Part shown: in pieces, positions 31,147 to 40,748 of the stretch
Numbering within the stretch: position 1 is the stretch's first letter
How the letters are laid out: the number at the start of each line of letters is the position of its first letter
Origin: Patescibacteria group bacterium
GTDB taxonomy: Bacteria; Patescibacteriota; Patescibacteriia; SG8-24; DYFX01
Length of the DNA: 64,000 nucleotides
Direction of reading: 5' to 3'
Assembly (NCBI GenBank): GCA_041659045.1
Contig: JBAZZB010000002.1
Span: 21,427-85,426 of the forward strand
Notes under the pieces: generated by a model
The model's input: only the letters and a program-made list of their open reading frames with translations
Told to the model about the DNA's origin: nothing
Databases searched by the model: none
Position numbers and translations under genes: made by a program

Positions 31147-32859
31147 ATGTCTGGTGCAAACGCCTCAATTGAAGACCTGTTGAAAAAAAACAGGTTACCG
31201 AGTGTCACGACTCCCGACGCTCAATCCAAGTTCGCCGCAAAAATGCGCGAGCTCGAATTGCAGGCCAAAGAACGCGAGACGGCCAAGCGCGGCGCTGTGA
31301 TCGGCGCTTCATACATCAATTTGAAAGGTTTTCCGATTTCTCCGGAAGCCCTCGTTCTTTTGTCGCAAGAGCAATCGGAAACGTTGCAAGCAGTCGTGTT
31401 TTTGCAGACGGGCGACGAAGTACGCGTCGGCGCCATTGATCCTTCACGCAAGGATGTCCAAGAAGCGATCTATCAAGTCGGCGAGCGCGCACACGCGAAT
31501 GTTGGCACCTATATCATTTCGGAAGAGAGCTTCAGGCATGCCGTGAAGCTGTACGACGCATTGCCGAAGGCTCGCAAAATCGTAAAAGGCATCGAGATTA
31601 CCGAGACGGAGCTCAAGAAACAACAGGATCGGATGCAGACGTACAAAGACCTCGACGCTTTGATGAAAGGCGCCGATGTGACGGACGCCGTGACGATCAT
31701 CATGGCTGGCGCGCTCAAAGGAGACGCCTCCGACATCCACGTCGAAGCCGAGGAAAAAGATGTTGTCGTGCGCTATCGCATCGACGGTGTACTCCAAGAC
31801 GCGGCGCGTCTTGAACGCTCGATCTGGCCGCGCATCATCTCGCGCATCAAATTGTTTTCTAGTCTCAAAATCAACGTTGCCAACATCCCGCAAGACGGTC
31901 GCTTCACCATTTTTGTCAGCGGTAAGAAAACCGAAGTCCGCGTTTCAACAGTCCCGACATCGTACGGCGAGTCGGTCGTCATGCGTCTTCTTCGTCCGTC
32001 GACGATTGGACTTGGTTTTGATCAGCTCGGCATCCGCGGCAAAGCCTTCGAGCAGCTGAAGCGCGAAATCGATCGCCCGAACGGCATGATCATTACGACC
32101 GGTCCTACCGGTTCCGGTAAAACCACCACGCTCTACGCCGTTTTGAAAAAACTGAACACGTCGGACACCAAAATCATCACCTTGGAAGATCCGGTCGAAT
32201 ACAGTCTCGAGGGCATCAACCAGTCGCCGATTGATCTTTCCAAAGACTACACATTCGCCAAGGGGCTCCGCGCAATTCTGCGCCAAGATCCGGACGTCAT
32301 CATGGTCGGCGAAATCCGCGATCTTGAAACGGCTGAAACGGCAATTCAAGCGGCGCTCACCGGACACTTGATGGTCTCGACGATTCACACCAACAGCGCG
32401 GCGGGTGCTATCCCCCGCTTCTTGTCGATGGGCGTGAAGCCGTTCCTGCTCGCTCCCGCACTGAACGCCGTCATCGGCCAACGTCTCGTGCGCCGCGTCC
32501 ACGAAGCGTGCAAAGTCCAGGCAGAACCTGATGCTGAACAGTTGAAGAAAATACAGGAGATCCTCGGCGCGCTCTCGCCTGAGAGCGGAGAAAAACCGGA
32601 TCTTGAGAAGCTTGTGTTCTGGAAAGGTAAGGGCTGCGACGTTTGCGGAGGCTCCGGCTACAAGGGCCGCGTCGGTATCTACGAAATTTTCACCATGAGT
32701 CCGGAGATCGAAAAAGTCATTCTTTCCGGCAACGTCTCGGAGTATCAGATGCAAGAGATCGCCGTGAAGCAAGGCATGATTACGATGGCGCAAGACGGTT
32801 TGCTCAAGGCGCTTGATGGCCTGACAACGTTCGAAGAAGTCCTGGCAGCAGCGGAATGA
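31147..32859 (+). CDS. pilB: type IV pilus/T2SS assembly ATPase PilB/GspE
   Basis: ASDIHVE, PQDGRF, GPTGSGKTTT, LRQDPD, AALTGH, tetra-Cys remnant, GYKGRVGIYE. Confidence 0.92.
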   Translation: MSGANASIEDLLKKNRLPSVTTPDAQSKFAAKMRELELQAKERETAKRGAVIGASYINLKGFPISPEALVLLSQEQSETLQAVVFLQTGDEVRVGAIDPSRKDVQEAIYQVGERAHANVGTYIISEESFRHAVKLYDALPKARKIVKGIEITETELKKQQDRMQTYKDLDALMKGADVTDAVTIIMAGALKGDASDIHVEAEEKDVVVRYRIDGVLQDAARLERSIWPRIISRIKLFSSLKINVANIPQDGRFTIFVSGKKTEVRVSTVPTSYGESVVMRLLRPSTIGLGFDQLGIRGKAFEQLKREIDRPNGMIITTGPTGSGKTTTLYAVLKKLNTSDTKIITLEDPVEYSLEGINQSPIDLSKDYTFAKGLRAILRQDPDVIMVGEIRDLETAETAIQAALTGHLMVSTIHTNSAAGAIPRFLSMGVKPFLLAPALNAVIGQRLVRRVHEACKVQAEPDAEQLKKIQEILGALSPESGEKPDLEKLVFWKGKGCDVCGGSGYKGRVGIYEIFTMSPEIEKVILSGNVSEYQMQEIAVKQGMITMAQDGLLKALDGLTTFEEVLAAAE

Positions 32860-32866
32860 GTAAATG

Positions 32867-32894
32867 AAAAAGCCTCGCGGTAGCGCGAGGCTTT
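32867..32894. terminator. hairpin terminator between convergent genes
   Basis: AAAGCCTCGCG-gtag-CGCGAGGCTTT. Confidence 0.75.
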
Positions 32895-32910
32895 GTGTTT
32901 TGGCAGCGCT

Positions 32911-33699
32911 CTAGGCGCAAGCGAGCTGCTGGTTCGCCACGTAGGCGAGAATCTGCTCACGCGCGGCGTGCGACAGGCTTTCGGGAAGCTCCTGACCGTT
33001 CGCCAGCGATTCGGCGTACAGACGGATCTGTCCCATCCGGAGCGGTCCGGGTGGCACGTAGGCGCTCTTGTTCGGAAGCAGCTTCATCGGTGAAACCGGC
33101 GTCGGCGCGGCCACTTCCGGTGGCGCTTGGCGCGGTTGAGCAAAGAGCGTCAGGACGTTGATCGGTTCGATCTCCTTCGGAGCGACCGGCTTCTCGTCGG
33201 CCCAGACCTCCTCCCACCGCGCGCGTTCCGCATCGTGAGAAGTGTCTTTCGCGTTCGTATTCTCGTTCGCGTTTGCCAGGTCGCGAAGCGCGTTCTTGAG
33301 ATCTGTGCCGTCCGTTTCGAGCACGTGGTCCATGACCTCCTCGAGAGGGCGCACGTGTCCGGATGCCCGGAATGCGGCGTGGAACAGCTTCTCGGGATAT
33401 TCGCGCTCCACCACCTGCTCGCCTCGGAAGCACAGCGTCAGTCGCACACGCGCGTGCGCTCCGCGAGAAATCGCGAGGCTGATGTCGTGGCGCCGAGTCG
33501 GCTGAAGCTTGTCGAACAGGAACTCGCCGATCGCCGAGAGCGGCACGTCGAGGTGATCCCAGTGATTGGGCCCCCCTGCCTCCTGCAGAAGCTCACGCTC
33601 GTAGGTGCTCAAGATCAGTTGCAAGCGCGGCCTCCGCGCGACTTCCCACATCAGATGAAGATCGTTCGCGAGCTCGAGGCACAACAGCTGCACACTCAT
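32911..33699 (-). CDS. hypothetical protein
   Basis: ATG with AAGGGAG; promoter TTGACG-17-TAGCTT. Confidence 0.65.
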   Translation of the reverse strand: MSVQLLCLELANDLHLMWEVARRPRLQLILSTYERELLQEAGGPNHWDHLDVPLSAIGEFLFDKLQPTRRHDISLAISRGAHARVRLTLCFRGEQVVEREYPEKLFHAAFRASGHVRPLEEVMDHVLETDGTDLKNALRDLANANENTNAKDTSHDAERARWEEVWADEKPVAPKEIEPINVLTLFAQPRQAPPEVAAPTPVSPMKLLPNKSAYVPPGPLRMGQIRLYAESLANGQELPESLSHAAREQILAYVANQQLACA

Positions 33700-33814
33700 A
33701 TGAGACTCCCTTGCAAATACCAATTTGTCTCGTAACGGGTTGATTCGGAAGCTACCAGAAAAAAGGCTATACGTCAAGGTGCAGGATAAGAAAAACCCTC
33801 GCCGCGCGGCGGGG

Positions 33815-35344
33815 TTATGGAGTTGTCAGGACATCGATACTGAGCTCTTCGAGAGCCAAGTCGACGTCGCTTGGCGTATCGTCTTGAATCCCGTGCTTCT
33901 TGAGCAGTAGGAGACCTTCGTCTTGATCGGCGCATTCTTCGAACGGCTTCGAGAAGTCGGCCGCGTTCGTGCGCGCGTGGCGGTATTCGTGGTTCACGAC
34001 CACCATGAGCCAGCGCGTCGAACGATACATCTTTTTCTTGATGTAGATTCCGAGCGAGGTGCCGTCACCGGTCTTGAGCAAGAAGCCTTCGATCATGGCA
34101 AGTTCGCCAACAAGCGACTCGAACGGGTAGATAGGTAGCGACACGTCAGGATGCTCGAGCCGCATGGCGTCGAACACCAATCGCGCGCGAGCCTTCTCTG
34201 CTTCGTCGAGTTCAACGACCTTGAAGGTCGTGCCTTCGATCATCTTCGGCGCAAAGTCGTTCGCTTCCGCCACGCCGCAGCGCTTGAGAAAGCTGCGGAG
34301 CGTCGGAGAGGTCACGATGATCGGCTTCTTGCCGAGCGAGGAACGCACGTACTCGTCGCCGAAGCCGGGATTCGACATGACAGCTTCAGCGCCGTACATC
34401 GCGTGCCAAGCCGCGCGCCACGTCTCCTCGCCAATGATCTCGTCGAGATACAGGGCATAGGAAAGCGCGTGCTCTTCGAACGGCGCTTTGCCGTCCTGGA
34501 TCGCGCCGAGAATCGGCAGAAGCACGCCCTGATCGAGCTTGGAGCTGAGCATGGTGCCCATCCACTGATAGATCTCGGACATGTTGGCGAAGACGCGCTC
34601 TTCCGTCAGCAGCCCCTCGGTATCGAAGCTGTAGTCGAAATGCGAAGCGTCGGCGCCGTCCTTCGAACAGTAGGCCAGGGTGCCGTGCGCAAAGAGCCGC
34701 GTGGCTCCCTCTTCCGACTTCGGAAAGACGCGCATGACGATTCCTTGCTGACCACTGACCACGCGATGCACCGCGGGCGTACCGGAGAGCCACTTGAAGT
34801 AGCGAGCCGGGTGCCGCATGAGCACTTCGTAGTCGGCGGTCTTGCGGATGTAGACCGCATGCTGTCCTGCCGGCATCCAATACAACTTCTCGCACTCGGT
34901 CATCTCCGGACCCTTCGGGTCGTTCCCGCGGGCATTGTTCATGTACTCGCGCCAGATCGGAAACTCGGTGAGAGGATCGTCACCGATCGCGTTACTCCAG
35001 TTCTTGTAGGTCGTGTCAACGCTAAACGGCATCGGCACGTCGGTCTCAACACCATCCTTCGGATGGATCACGATCACGTACTGATTGAACCCTTCATCGA
35101 TGCTCGAGGGACGCGCTTCGTAGCGCAGGCAGTATTGACCCGCCTGGTCAGAAGAGACCACTCGTACGTCGATACCGGCCCGCAGCGCGACCAACGGCGC
35201 GATTTTTGCGCCAGACTTGAAGATGCTGTGCGGGTTCGTGCGATCGACGTCGGAACCCTCATCGGAAAGACCGAAAACAAGTAGGCGATTTCGCGGGCAG
35301 AACCCGCTGTTCGCGATGCGAATCCAGACGGTTTCCTTGCCCAT
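33815..35344 (-). CDS. protein with GHKL-like N-terminus and C-terminal zincin-like HExxH motif
   Basis: IANSG..FGLS..IFKSGAKIA..LR.G then WREYMNNA; VVVNHEYRH..AADFSKPFE; AAGGAG SD. Confidence 0.7.
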   Translation of the reverse strand: MGKETVWIRIANSGFCPRNRLLVFGLSDEGSDVDRTNPHSIFKSGAKIAPLVALRAGIDVRVVSSDQAGQYCLRYEARPSSIDEGFNQYVIVIHPKDGVETDVPMPFSVDTTYKNWSNAIGDDPLTEFPIWREYMNNARGNDPKGPEMTECEKLYWMPAGQHAVYIRKTADYEVLMRHPARYFKWLSGTPAVHRVVSGQQGIVMRVFPKSEEGATRLFAHGTLAYCSKDGADASHFDYSFDTEGLLTEERVFANMSEIYQWMGTMLSSKLDQGVLLPILGAIQDGKAPFEEHALSYALYLDEIIGEETWRAAWHAMYGAEAVMSNPGFGDEYVRSSLGKKPIIVTSPTLRSFLKRCGVAEANDFAPKMIEGTTFKVVELDEAEKARARLVFDAMRLEHPDVSLPIYPFESLVGELAMIEGFLLKTGDGTSLGIYIKKKMYRSTRWLMVVVNHEYRHARTNAADFSKPFEECADQDEGLLLLKKHGIQDDTPSDVDLALEELSIDVLTTP

Positions 35345-35412
35345 GACGTACTCCTTGTGTCGTGGTGGTGGAAAGGCCTACGTATTGACGCTAGCATTCC
35401 TCCTAAAAACCA

Positions 35413-35841
35413 TCAACCAGCGACCGTAATAGCGCGTGCATCAGCACCACGGTGCGTCATGCGTACCGTAATCATCTTTTTGGGAAGCATCGTTTGAATG
35501 CGATCGGCCCACTCAACAAGTACAACCGTGTCTGGGCGACCGAGGTATTCCGTGAGACCAACAGCGCTCAGTTGCGCGACATCACCGCGATAGGCATCGA
35601 CGTGTAAAAAAGCTTTAAGTGCTCCGCGTTTCGTGAGCGGATATTCTTGCATCAAAATGAAGGTCGGGCTCTGCACCCGCTTCTTGATACCGAGTGCCTT
35701 GGCAAGCGCTTGCGCAAACGTCGTTTTGCCAGCGCCAAGGTTTCCATAGAGGGCGATCACCTCTCCCCCGCGCAGCCGGGTGGCAAGTTGCTTGGCGACC
35801 TCAGCCGTTTCTTTCGGCGACGTTGTGACAAACTTTTTCAT
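35413..35841 (-). CDS. tsaE: t6A biosynthesis ATPase TsaE
   Basis: GNLGAGKTTF, VQSPTF, HVDAYR, VEWA. Confidence 0.95.
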   Translation of the reverse strand: MKKFVTTSPKETAEVAKQLATRLRGGEVIALYGNLGAGKTTFAQALAKALGIKKRVQSPTFILMQEYPLTKRGALKAFLHVDAYRGDVAQLSAVGLTEYLGRPDTVVLVEWADRIQTMLPKKMITVRMTHRGADARAITVAG

Positions 35842-35842
35842 A

Positions 35843-36865
35843 TCACTTCAAACCGAGTTCCCACACAGGGTCGGCCAACATGCCTTTCCAGGGGTCCGAC
35901 TTCTTTTTCGACAAGCGGAAATACCCGGCCATGGCAATCATCGCCGAATTATCGGTGCAGTACTCAAGGCCGGGAATGACAGCTTCTGTCTTCGGCAATT
36001 CTTTTTTAACCGCAGCTGCGAGGTGTTCGCGAAGCATCGTGTTGGCCGCGACTCCGCCCGCCAAAAAAACGGTTTTTGCTTTCTTCGCCTTGGCGGCTCG
36101 AATTGTTTTCACGACGAGCGTTTCAACGACAGCGGCTTGAAAGGACGCGCAAACGTCGTTCACATCCTGCGCAGACCACTCCTTCTTGCGTTGAAGCGTG
36201 TAGAGAACGGCGGTTTTGAGCCCCGAGAAACTAAAATCAAAATTCGCTTGGTTGAGAAGCGGGCGCGGAAACGCGAACTTCGTGGGGTCGCCGAGTTCGG
36301 CGCGTTTCGAAACGGCCGGGCCTCCTGGATAACCGAGCTCAAGCATCTTCGCGACCTTATCGAACGCCTCCCCCGCTGCGTCGTCGAGCGTCGAACCGAT
36401 GCGTTCGTATTTGCCGAATCCCTTCATCACGACGAGCTCCGTGTGACCGCCCGAAACAACCAGCACCAGTGCCGGGAACGCATACGCGGAGGTGATCTTT
36501 TTATTGATCCAGTTGGCGGCGATGTGTCCCTCGATATGATTCACTCCTACAATCGGTAATTCCCAACCATACGCCAACGCGCGTGCGAAGTCGGTACCGA
36601 CGCGCAGCGAGGTAATGAGTCCGGGTCCGCGCGTGACAGCAATGCCGTCCAAATTTTTCCGTGTCACGCCGAGTTCATCGATTAAAAGAGGTAGGGTTTC
36701 AACATGCAGACGAGCGGCAACTTCTGGCACGACACCTCCGTACTCGGCGTGCTTCAGGATTTGCGTGGCCGTCAGGTGCTTTTCAATCCGAGCAATGCCC
36801 TTGCTCACATTGAGCAGGGCAACCGAGGTTTCGTCGCAGGATGTTTCGATACCGAGGATGCGCAT
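35843..36865 (-). CDS. tsaD: t6A transferase TsaD
   Basis: GIETSCDETS, GGVVPEVAARLH, NHIEGH, VSGGHT, DDAAGEAFDK, CTDNSAMIA. Confidence 0.97.
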   Translation of the reverse strand: MRILGIETSCDETSVALLNVSKGIARIEKHLTATQILKHAEYGGVVPEVAARLHVETLPLLIDELGVTRKNLDGIAVTRGPGLITSLRVGTDFARALAYGWELPIVGVNHIEGHIAANWINKKITSAYAFPALVLVVSGGHTELVVMKGFGKYERIGSTLDDAAGEAFDKVAKMLELGYPGGPAVSKRAELGDPTKFAFPRPLLNQANFDFSFSGLKTAVLYTLQRKKEWSAQDVNDVCASFQAAVVETLVVKTIRAAKAKKAKTVFLAGGVAANTMLREHLAAAVKKELPKTEAVIPGLEYCTDNSAMIAMAGYFRLSKKKSDPWKGMLADPVWELGLK

Positions 36866-36967
36866 GGAGATTGATGTCTTCGATCCTTGATACTAGACCA
36901 AAATCGTAAAGCCTTCAAGGGCGGGAGCCTTAGGCGGCCAGCGTGTTTTATTGTTACACTGAGACAT

Positions 36968-37399
36968 ATGACCTCATCCTGGCTTTGGCTTCCGCTCGCA
37001 CTCTTGTCTGCTTTTTTCGCGGCGCTCATTGCGATCTTCGGCAAGATCGGCCTTTCACGCGTCGACACGACCACCGCCACGATGCTGCGCGCCATGATCA
37101 TGTTTTTGGTGCTCCTTGCCGTCGTGCTGTTCAGCGGAAAACTTTCTTCCGTGAACGCTTTTACCGGCAAGCAGTTTTTTTGGATCGTGCTGGCCGGCAT
37201 CGCCGGAGCGTTGTCGTGGCTCTTCTACTTCTGGGCGCTCAAAGTCGGTAAAGCTTCCCAAGTCGCACCCGTCGATCGCCTTTCTGCTATATTCGTCGTC
37301 ATCTTTGCAGCGCTCTTCTTAAGCGAGGCTGTCGGTTGGAAAACCGTTGTTGGCAGCGCCCTCATGGTACTTGGTGCCATCTTCGTCGCGCTTGGATAA
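36968..37399 (+). CDS. EamA/DMT family transporter
   Basis: IFGKIGL..VDT..AT..R, SWLFYFWALK.GKASQVAPVDRLS. Confidence 0.9.
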   Translation: MTSSWLWLPLALLSAFFAALIAIFGKIGLSRVDTTTATMLRAMIMFLVLLAVVLFSGKLSSVNAFTGKQFFWIVLAGIAGALSWLFYFWALKVGKASQVAPVDRLSAIFVVIFAALFLSEAVGWKTVVGSALMVLGAIFVALG

Positions 37400-37429
37400 A
37401 AAAGGCGTCCCGAAAGTTCGGGACGCTTG

Positions 37430-37722
37430 TCATTCCGTCGCATCAAGGAGACGCGGGTTGCTTTGCGCGAGCTTGTAAGCCGCACGCTTGGACGCAGGAT
37501 AGCGACGCATGATCTCTTCTGCGCCCACCACTCGCCAGACATCCTCTCACGCGTGTAGTCCCAGACCTCCTGGTTGTAGCCGCGGAGAATCTCCTCCCTT
37601 TCGAGATCGACAGTTTCGGCGTCGGGCACGAGCCCGCCGTCGGGTGAACCCGGCTGATCGTCAGCCGGAACGCACGCGAAAAGCGTGAGGAAGAAGAGAA
37701 TGAAAAGAAAACGGTACGGCAT
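37430..37722 (-). pseudogene. small lipoprotein-like gene with a frameshift near 37545
   Basis: GGGAGG SD, TTGACT-17-TATCCT, TLFAC lipobox-like; initial frame runs through the terminator into antisense EamA, shifted frame ends DVWRVVGAEEIMRRY...DATE* just before the hairpin. Confidence 0.55.
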
Positions 37723-37865
37723 CAGTGCCTCCCTGTTGGCCAAGCCAACGGTTCAGGATAGGCGTAAATAAGCGAAAAGTCAATGTAGTCCAGTCGCGAC
37801 CGACGTGGCTTGACGAATACCGGCTTTTCCTCTAAATTAGCCATGTTCAATATACGAGGCCTCAT

Positions 37866-37895
37866 CCTTCTTCGCTAAAGCTACGAAGGACACGT
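37866..37895. repeat. small palindromic element inside a copy of the tRNA-Glu 5' end
   Basis: GGCCTCAT[CCTTCTTCGCTAAAGCTACGAAGGACACGT]CGTCT versus tRNA start GGCCTCATCGTCT. Confidence 0.55.
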
Positions 37896-37912
37896 CGTCT
37901 CAAAAAGTACTT

Positions 37913-37987
37913 GGCCTCATCGTCTAACGGTTAGGACGGCTCCCTTTCACGGAGCAAATAGGGGTTCGATTCCCCTTGGGGCTACCA
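37913..37987 (+). tRNA. tRNA-Glu(TTC)
   Basis: GGCCTCA/TGGGGCT acceptor, GCTCC-CT-TTC-AC-GGAGC, AGGGG-TTCGATT-CCCCT, CCA; promoter TTGACG-17-TAAATT at 37810-37838. Confidence 0.95.
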
Positions 37988-38291
37988 TCAAAACACCCGC
38001 CGAATAGGCGGGTGTTTTGTATTCCGAAGTCTGCCTGTCCCTTTGGTACCAGGTACCGTTATCCGATAATTATGGTGCGTAAATATGTCCCATAAATTGC
38101 TATTCTGTCCCGACACCCACACGCATCATGCAGATATTCTGCTAGTGGGACTCGGGGGTACCATCCCAAAATCCGCCCAAATGGCGGATTTTGTGTTTCA
38201 TGGTAGCTGCGATAGTTGACGTGAATTCAGCACACCTGTAAGTTTGCGCTGGCTCAAACAAACAACCCGGGCCATGAAAAGGAAGTGGTAG

Positions 38292-39122
38292 ATGCGTTTT
38301 TCCCTACGGATTCTATTCGTCGTTCTTCTGGGAAGCGTGCCGCAGGCTTGTGTACTCGAATCAGACGATGATGCTGCCGCGAACGATGATCTCGGAAGTA
38401 CGGAGCAGGCACTGTCGAGCGATCCGCGTACACGAGTCGTTGAGGAGGCATCCTTCGCAATGACGGGCAACTACGCCGCGTACACAAGCAGTAACTGGCC
38501 GACGGCGACAACCCTCGCCGGGTACTACTACACATCGACGGACACTGGCGCGTGGAGCTCTTTGATCAACTCCTCGAGCTATTCCGCGTATGGCTACACG
38601 GGCTTCTACGTGTCGTGCATGCGGTATCGTTCTGAAGGGCACCTGCCCTCACCCTATACCAATTGCTATCTATCGACATCGAACGGGTACGGATCGTTCG
38701 AGATGCCCTATTACACCTGCCAAGGATACTGCCCGAGCACGAAGATGCGTGGCGGCCAGTGCAAGCCATTCATGAACCTCATTGCGTACCGCTCCGGCCA
38801 GTACCATGGAGCGAACTGGTCTTTCAAGGCATTGCCGTCCGATAGTGCCATTTCAAACTGGAGCACAGCAGCGGATCAGATGCCGTACGCAACGTACTCC
38901 AACATCCTTCCCGGCGATCTCCTTCGCCGCCCCTATGGCCACGCAGCCATTGTGGTACGGAAGGTCAGCAGTTCACAAATCGTCGTCTTCGACTCGAACT
39001 GGGTCGGCAACGGTGACGGCGACGAGGTTGTTGGATCGCATACACTCGGCTTCTCCGGAACCGGGAACAGCAACTTGGGTAACTATCGGGTACTCAAGTG
39101 CGTGTATAACGGCGGTTGCTAG
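38292..39122 (+). CDS. secreted Cys-rich protein with C-terminal CHAP/NlpC-P60-like domain
   Basis: Signal peptide ending near QAC; GGQCKPF, PGD...YGHAAIV, VFDSNW; promoter TTGACG-17-TAAGTT. Confidence 0.7.
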   Translation: MRFSLRILFVVLLGSVPQACVLESDDDAAANDDLGSTEQALSSDPRTRVVEEASFAMTGNYAAYTSSNWPTATTLAGYYYTSTDTGAWSSLINSSSYSAYGYTGFYVSCMRYRSEGHLPSPYTNCYLSTSNGYGSFEMPYYTCQGYCPSTKMRGGQCKPFMNLIAYRSGQYHGANWSFKALPSDSAISNWSTAADQMPYATYSNILPGDLLRRPYGHAAIVVRKVSSSQIVVFDSNWVGNGDGDEVVGSHTLGFSGTGNSNLGNYRVLKCVYNGGC

Positions 39123-39218
39123 CTGGCAGCGCTGTATGATTCTGTGGGGAGGGTCTGTGCCCTCCCCCTCTTTTTTCTCTACTGCTATACTTCTTTACGA
39201 AGAAACCTTACATATCCT

Positions 39219-39878
39219 ATGAAAAAAACGATTCCGGTAACACAAGCAGTGACTGCCCTCGCCCTACTTGGTATCGGCATTCTTGTTGGTGTGTATTTTG
39301 CATCAAAAAATTCAGTTTCGACGGGCGGCGCAGAGGCGGGCACGAACTCTTTTGAAGTCGCCAACTTGCCGAACAACAGTTTTGACGCGACGGAATCTAT
39401 CCCCGAAACCTCTGTAAAAGTTTCTTACCCAAAAAATGGCTTTTACGGACTAGGCGTAAAGACCGTGCAAGAAGGCGCGACTCCCAACGAAGCTATCCCT
39501 TTTCTCGGAGGAGTCGCTATTCTTCCGAATGTCAGTTCTTTGGAAGACCGGCCTTTCTCTTTAAGTGTCGGTGCCTATAAAAAGAGTGGCGCTGACACGT
39601 TGGAAGGATCGATCGTTAAAGGCGAGGTGAGCGGGGTTAAGATCGGTAAGCAGGAAATGAATGGAACATACCTGACCGTAAATAACCACCGGTACTTCGT
39701 TTATAAAGTTTTGGGGAGTCCGACACAGACTGCCTGGCATGCCGTATCATTCGGCAAAAAGGAGGTCATCATTGTGAGTTTCGAGTTTGTGCCCGGTAGT
39801 GATTCGGATTCTTACACCGCCTTCCGCAACAACGACCAACTTTTCTTTCAGATCCTTTCCCACATTTCCTTTGAGTAG
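39219..39878 (+). CDS. N-terminally anchored hypothetical protein
   Basis: MKK start plus TM; lower GC than core genes. Confidence 0.75.
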   Translation: MKKTIPVTQAVTALALLGIGILVGVYFASKNSVSTGGAEAGTNSFEVANLPNNSFDATESIPETSVKVSYPKNGFYGLGVKTVQEGATPNEAIPFLGGVAILPNVSSLEDRPFSLSVGAYKKSGADTLEGSIVKGEVSGVKIGKQEMNGTYLTVNNHRYFVYKVLGSPTQTAWHAVSFGKKEVIIVSFEFVPGSDSDSYTAFRNNDQLFFQILSHISFE

Positions 39879-40060
39879 GCAGGGTGCTGTGGGCTTGCAG
39901 CCAACAGCCAAAGCAGCTCACCTCCCCGCATCCATGCTCCGGAGATATTCTGCTAATGAGACCCGGGGTCTACCATCGCCGAATCCGCCCAACAGGCGGA
40001 TTTTGCGTTTTGTCGTTTGGTTCTATTTCATCCATACTATCTTTATAGAAACCCCTGAAC

Positions 40061-40609
40061 ATGAAAAAACCTTTTGCCATCATCGGCTGTGCCGTCGTCA
40101 TCGTTGCCACCTACTTCTTTGGCTACTTCTCCTCCAAAGAAGCATCTCGTATCGAGTTTGCCCAAATAGACTGCACCCCGGGCAGAGCCGCCACCGGCTC
40201 CTCCAAACTTTTCGGAAAAATCGTGAAGATCAACGAAAACAGTGTAGCGTTGCGCTTAGTCGAGTGGGTGGAGGGTGAAGATAATCAAGAGCAGGCTGCG
40301 CTTGAAACTGAGCGCTGCACGCTTGAGCGCATCGAAAAGGATGAGTGCGTGCCGAATAATTTCTTCTTGCGCGAAACGCAAAAAACTTTGCAGCTGCCGA
40401 TTGCTGCAAATCTGTCTGTCCAGGTTCTCTCGAATGGGGCAAATGGAGAGTTCAAGCAAGATGAGCAACAGAACACACTTCCTCGTGAGGTTAGTCTGAC
40501 TGATCTGCAGAAGATGTTGGAGATTGGCGAGTTCGCTATCTATACGCCCTTCGTCTTTACTACTACGAATGGAGCCATTACCAAGATTCAGGAGCAGTAC
40601 ATTCCGTAA
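40061..40609 (+). CDS. N-terminally anchored hypothetical protein
   Basis: MKK start plus TM; ends ITKIQEQYIP. Confidence 0.75.
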   Translation: MKKPFAIIGCAVVIVATYFFGYFSSKEASRIEFAQIDCTPGRAATGSSKLFGKIVKINENSVALRLVEWVEGEDNQEQAALETERCTLERIEKDECVPNNFFLRETQKTLQLPIAANLSVQVLSNGANGEFKQDEQQNTLPREVSLTDLQKMLEIGEFAIYTPFVFTTTNGAITKIQEQYIP

Positions 40610-40748
40610 CCAGGCTACCATCAAAACACCCGCCGAATAGGCGGGTGTTTTGTATTCAGAATTGTTACCTGGCACTTAGGTACCAAGTGCCGTTTTTTTT
40701 GGATGATTATGCTACCATTACGGTCATAAACACTGAGAACAAGGTCAT

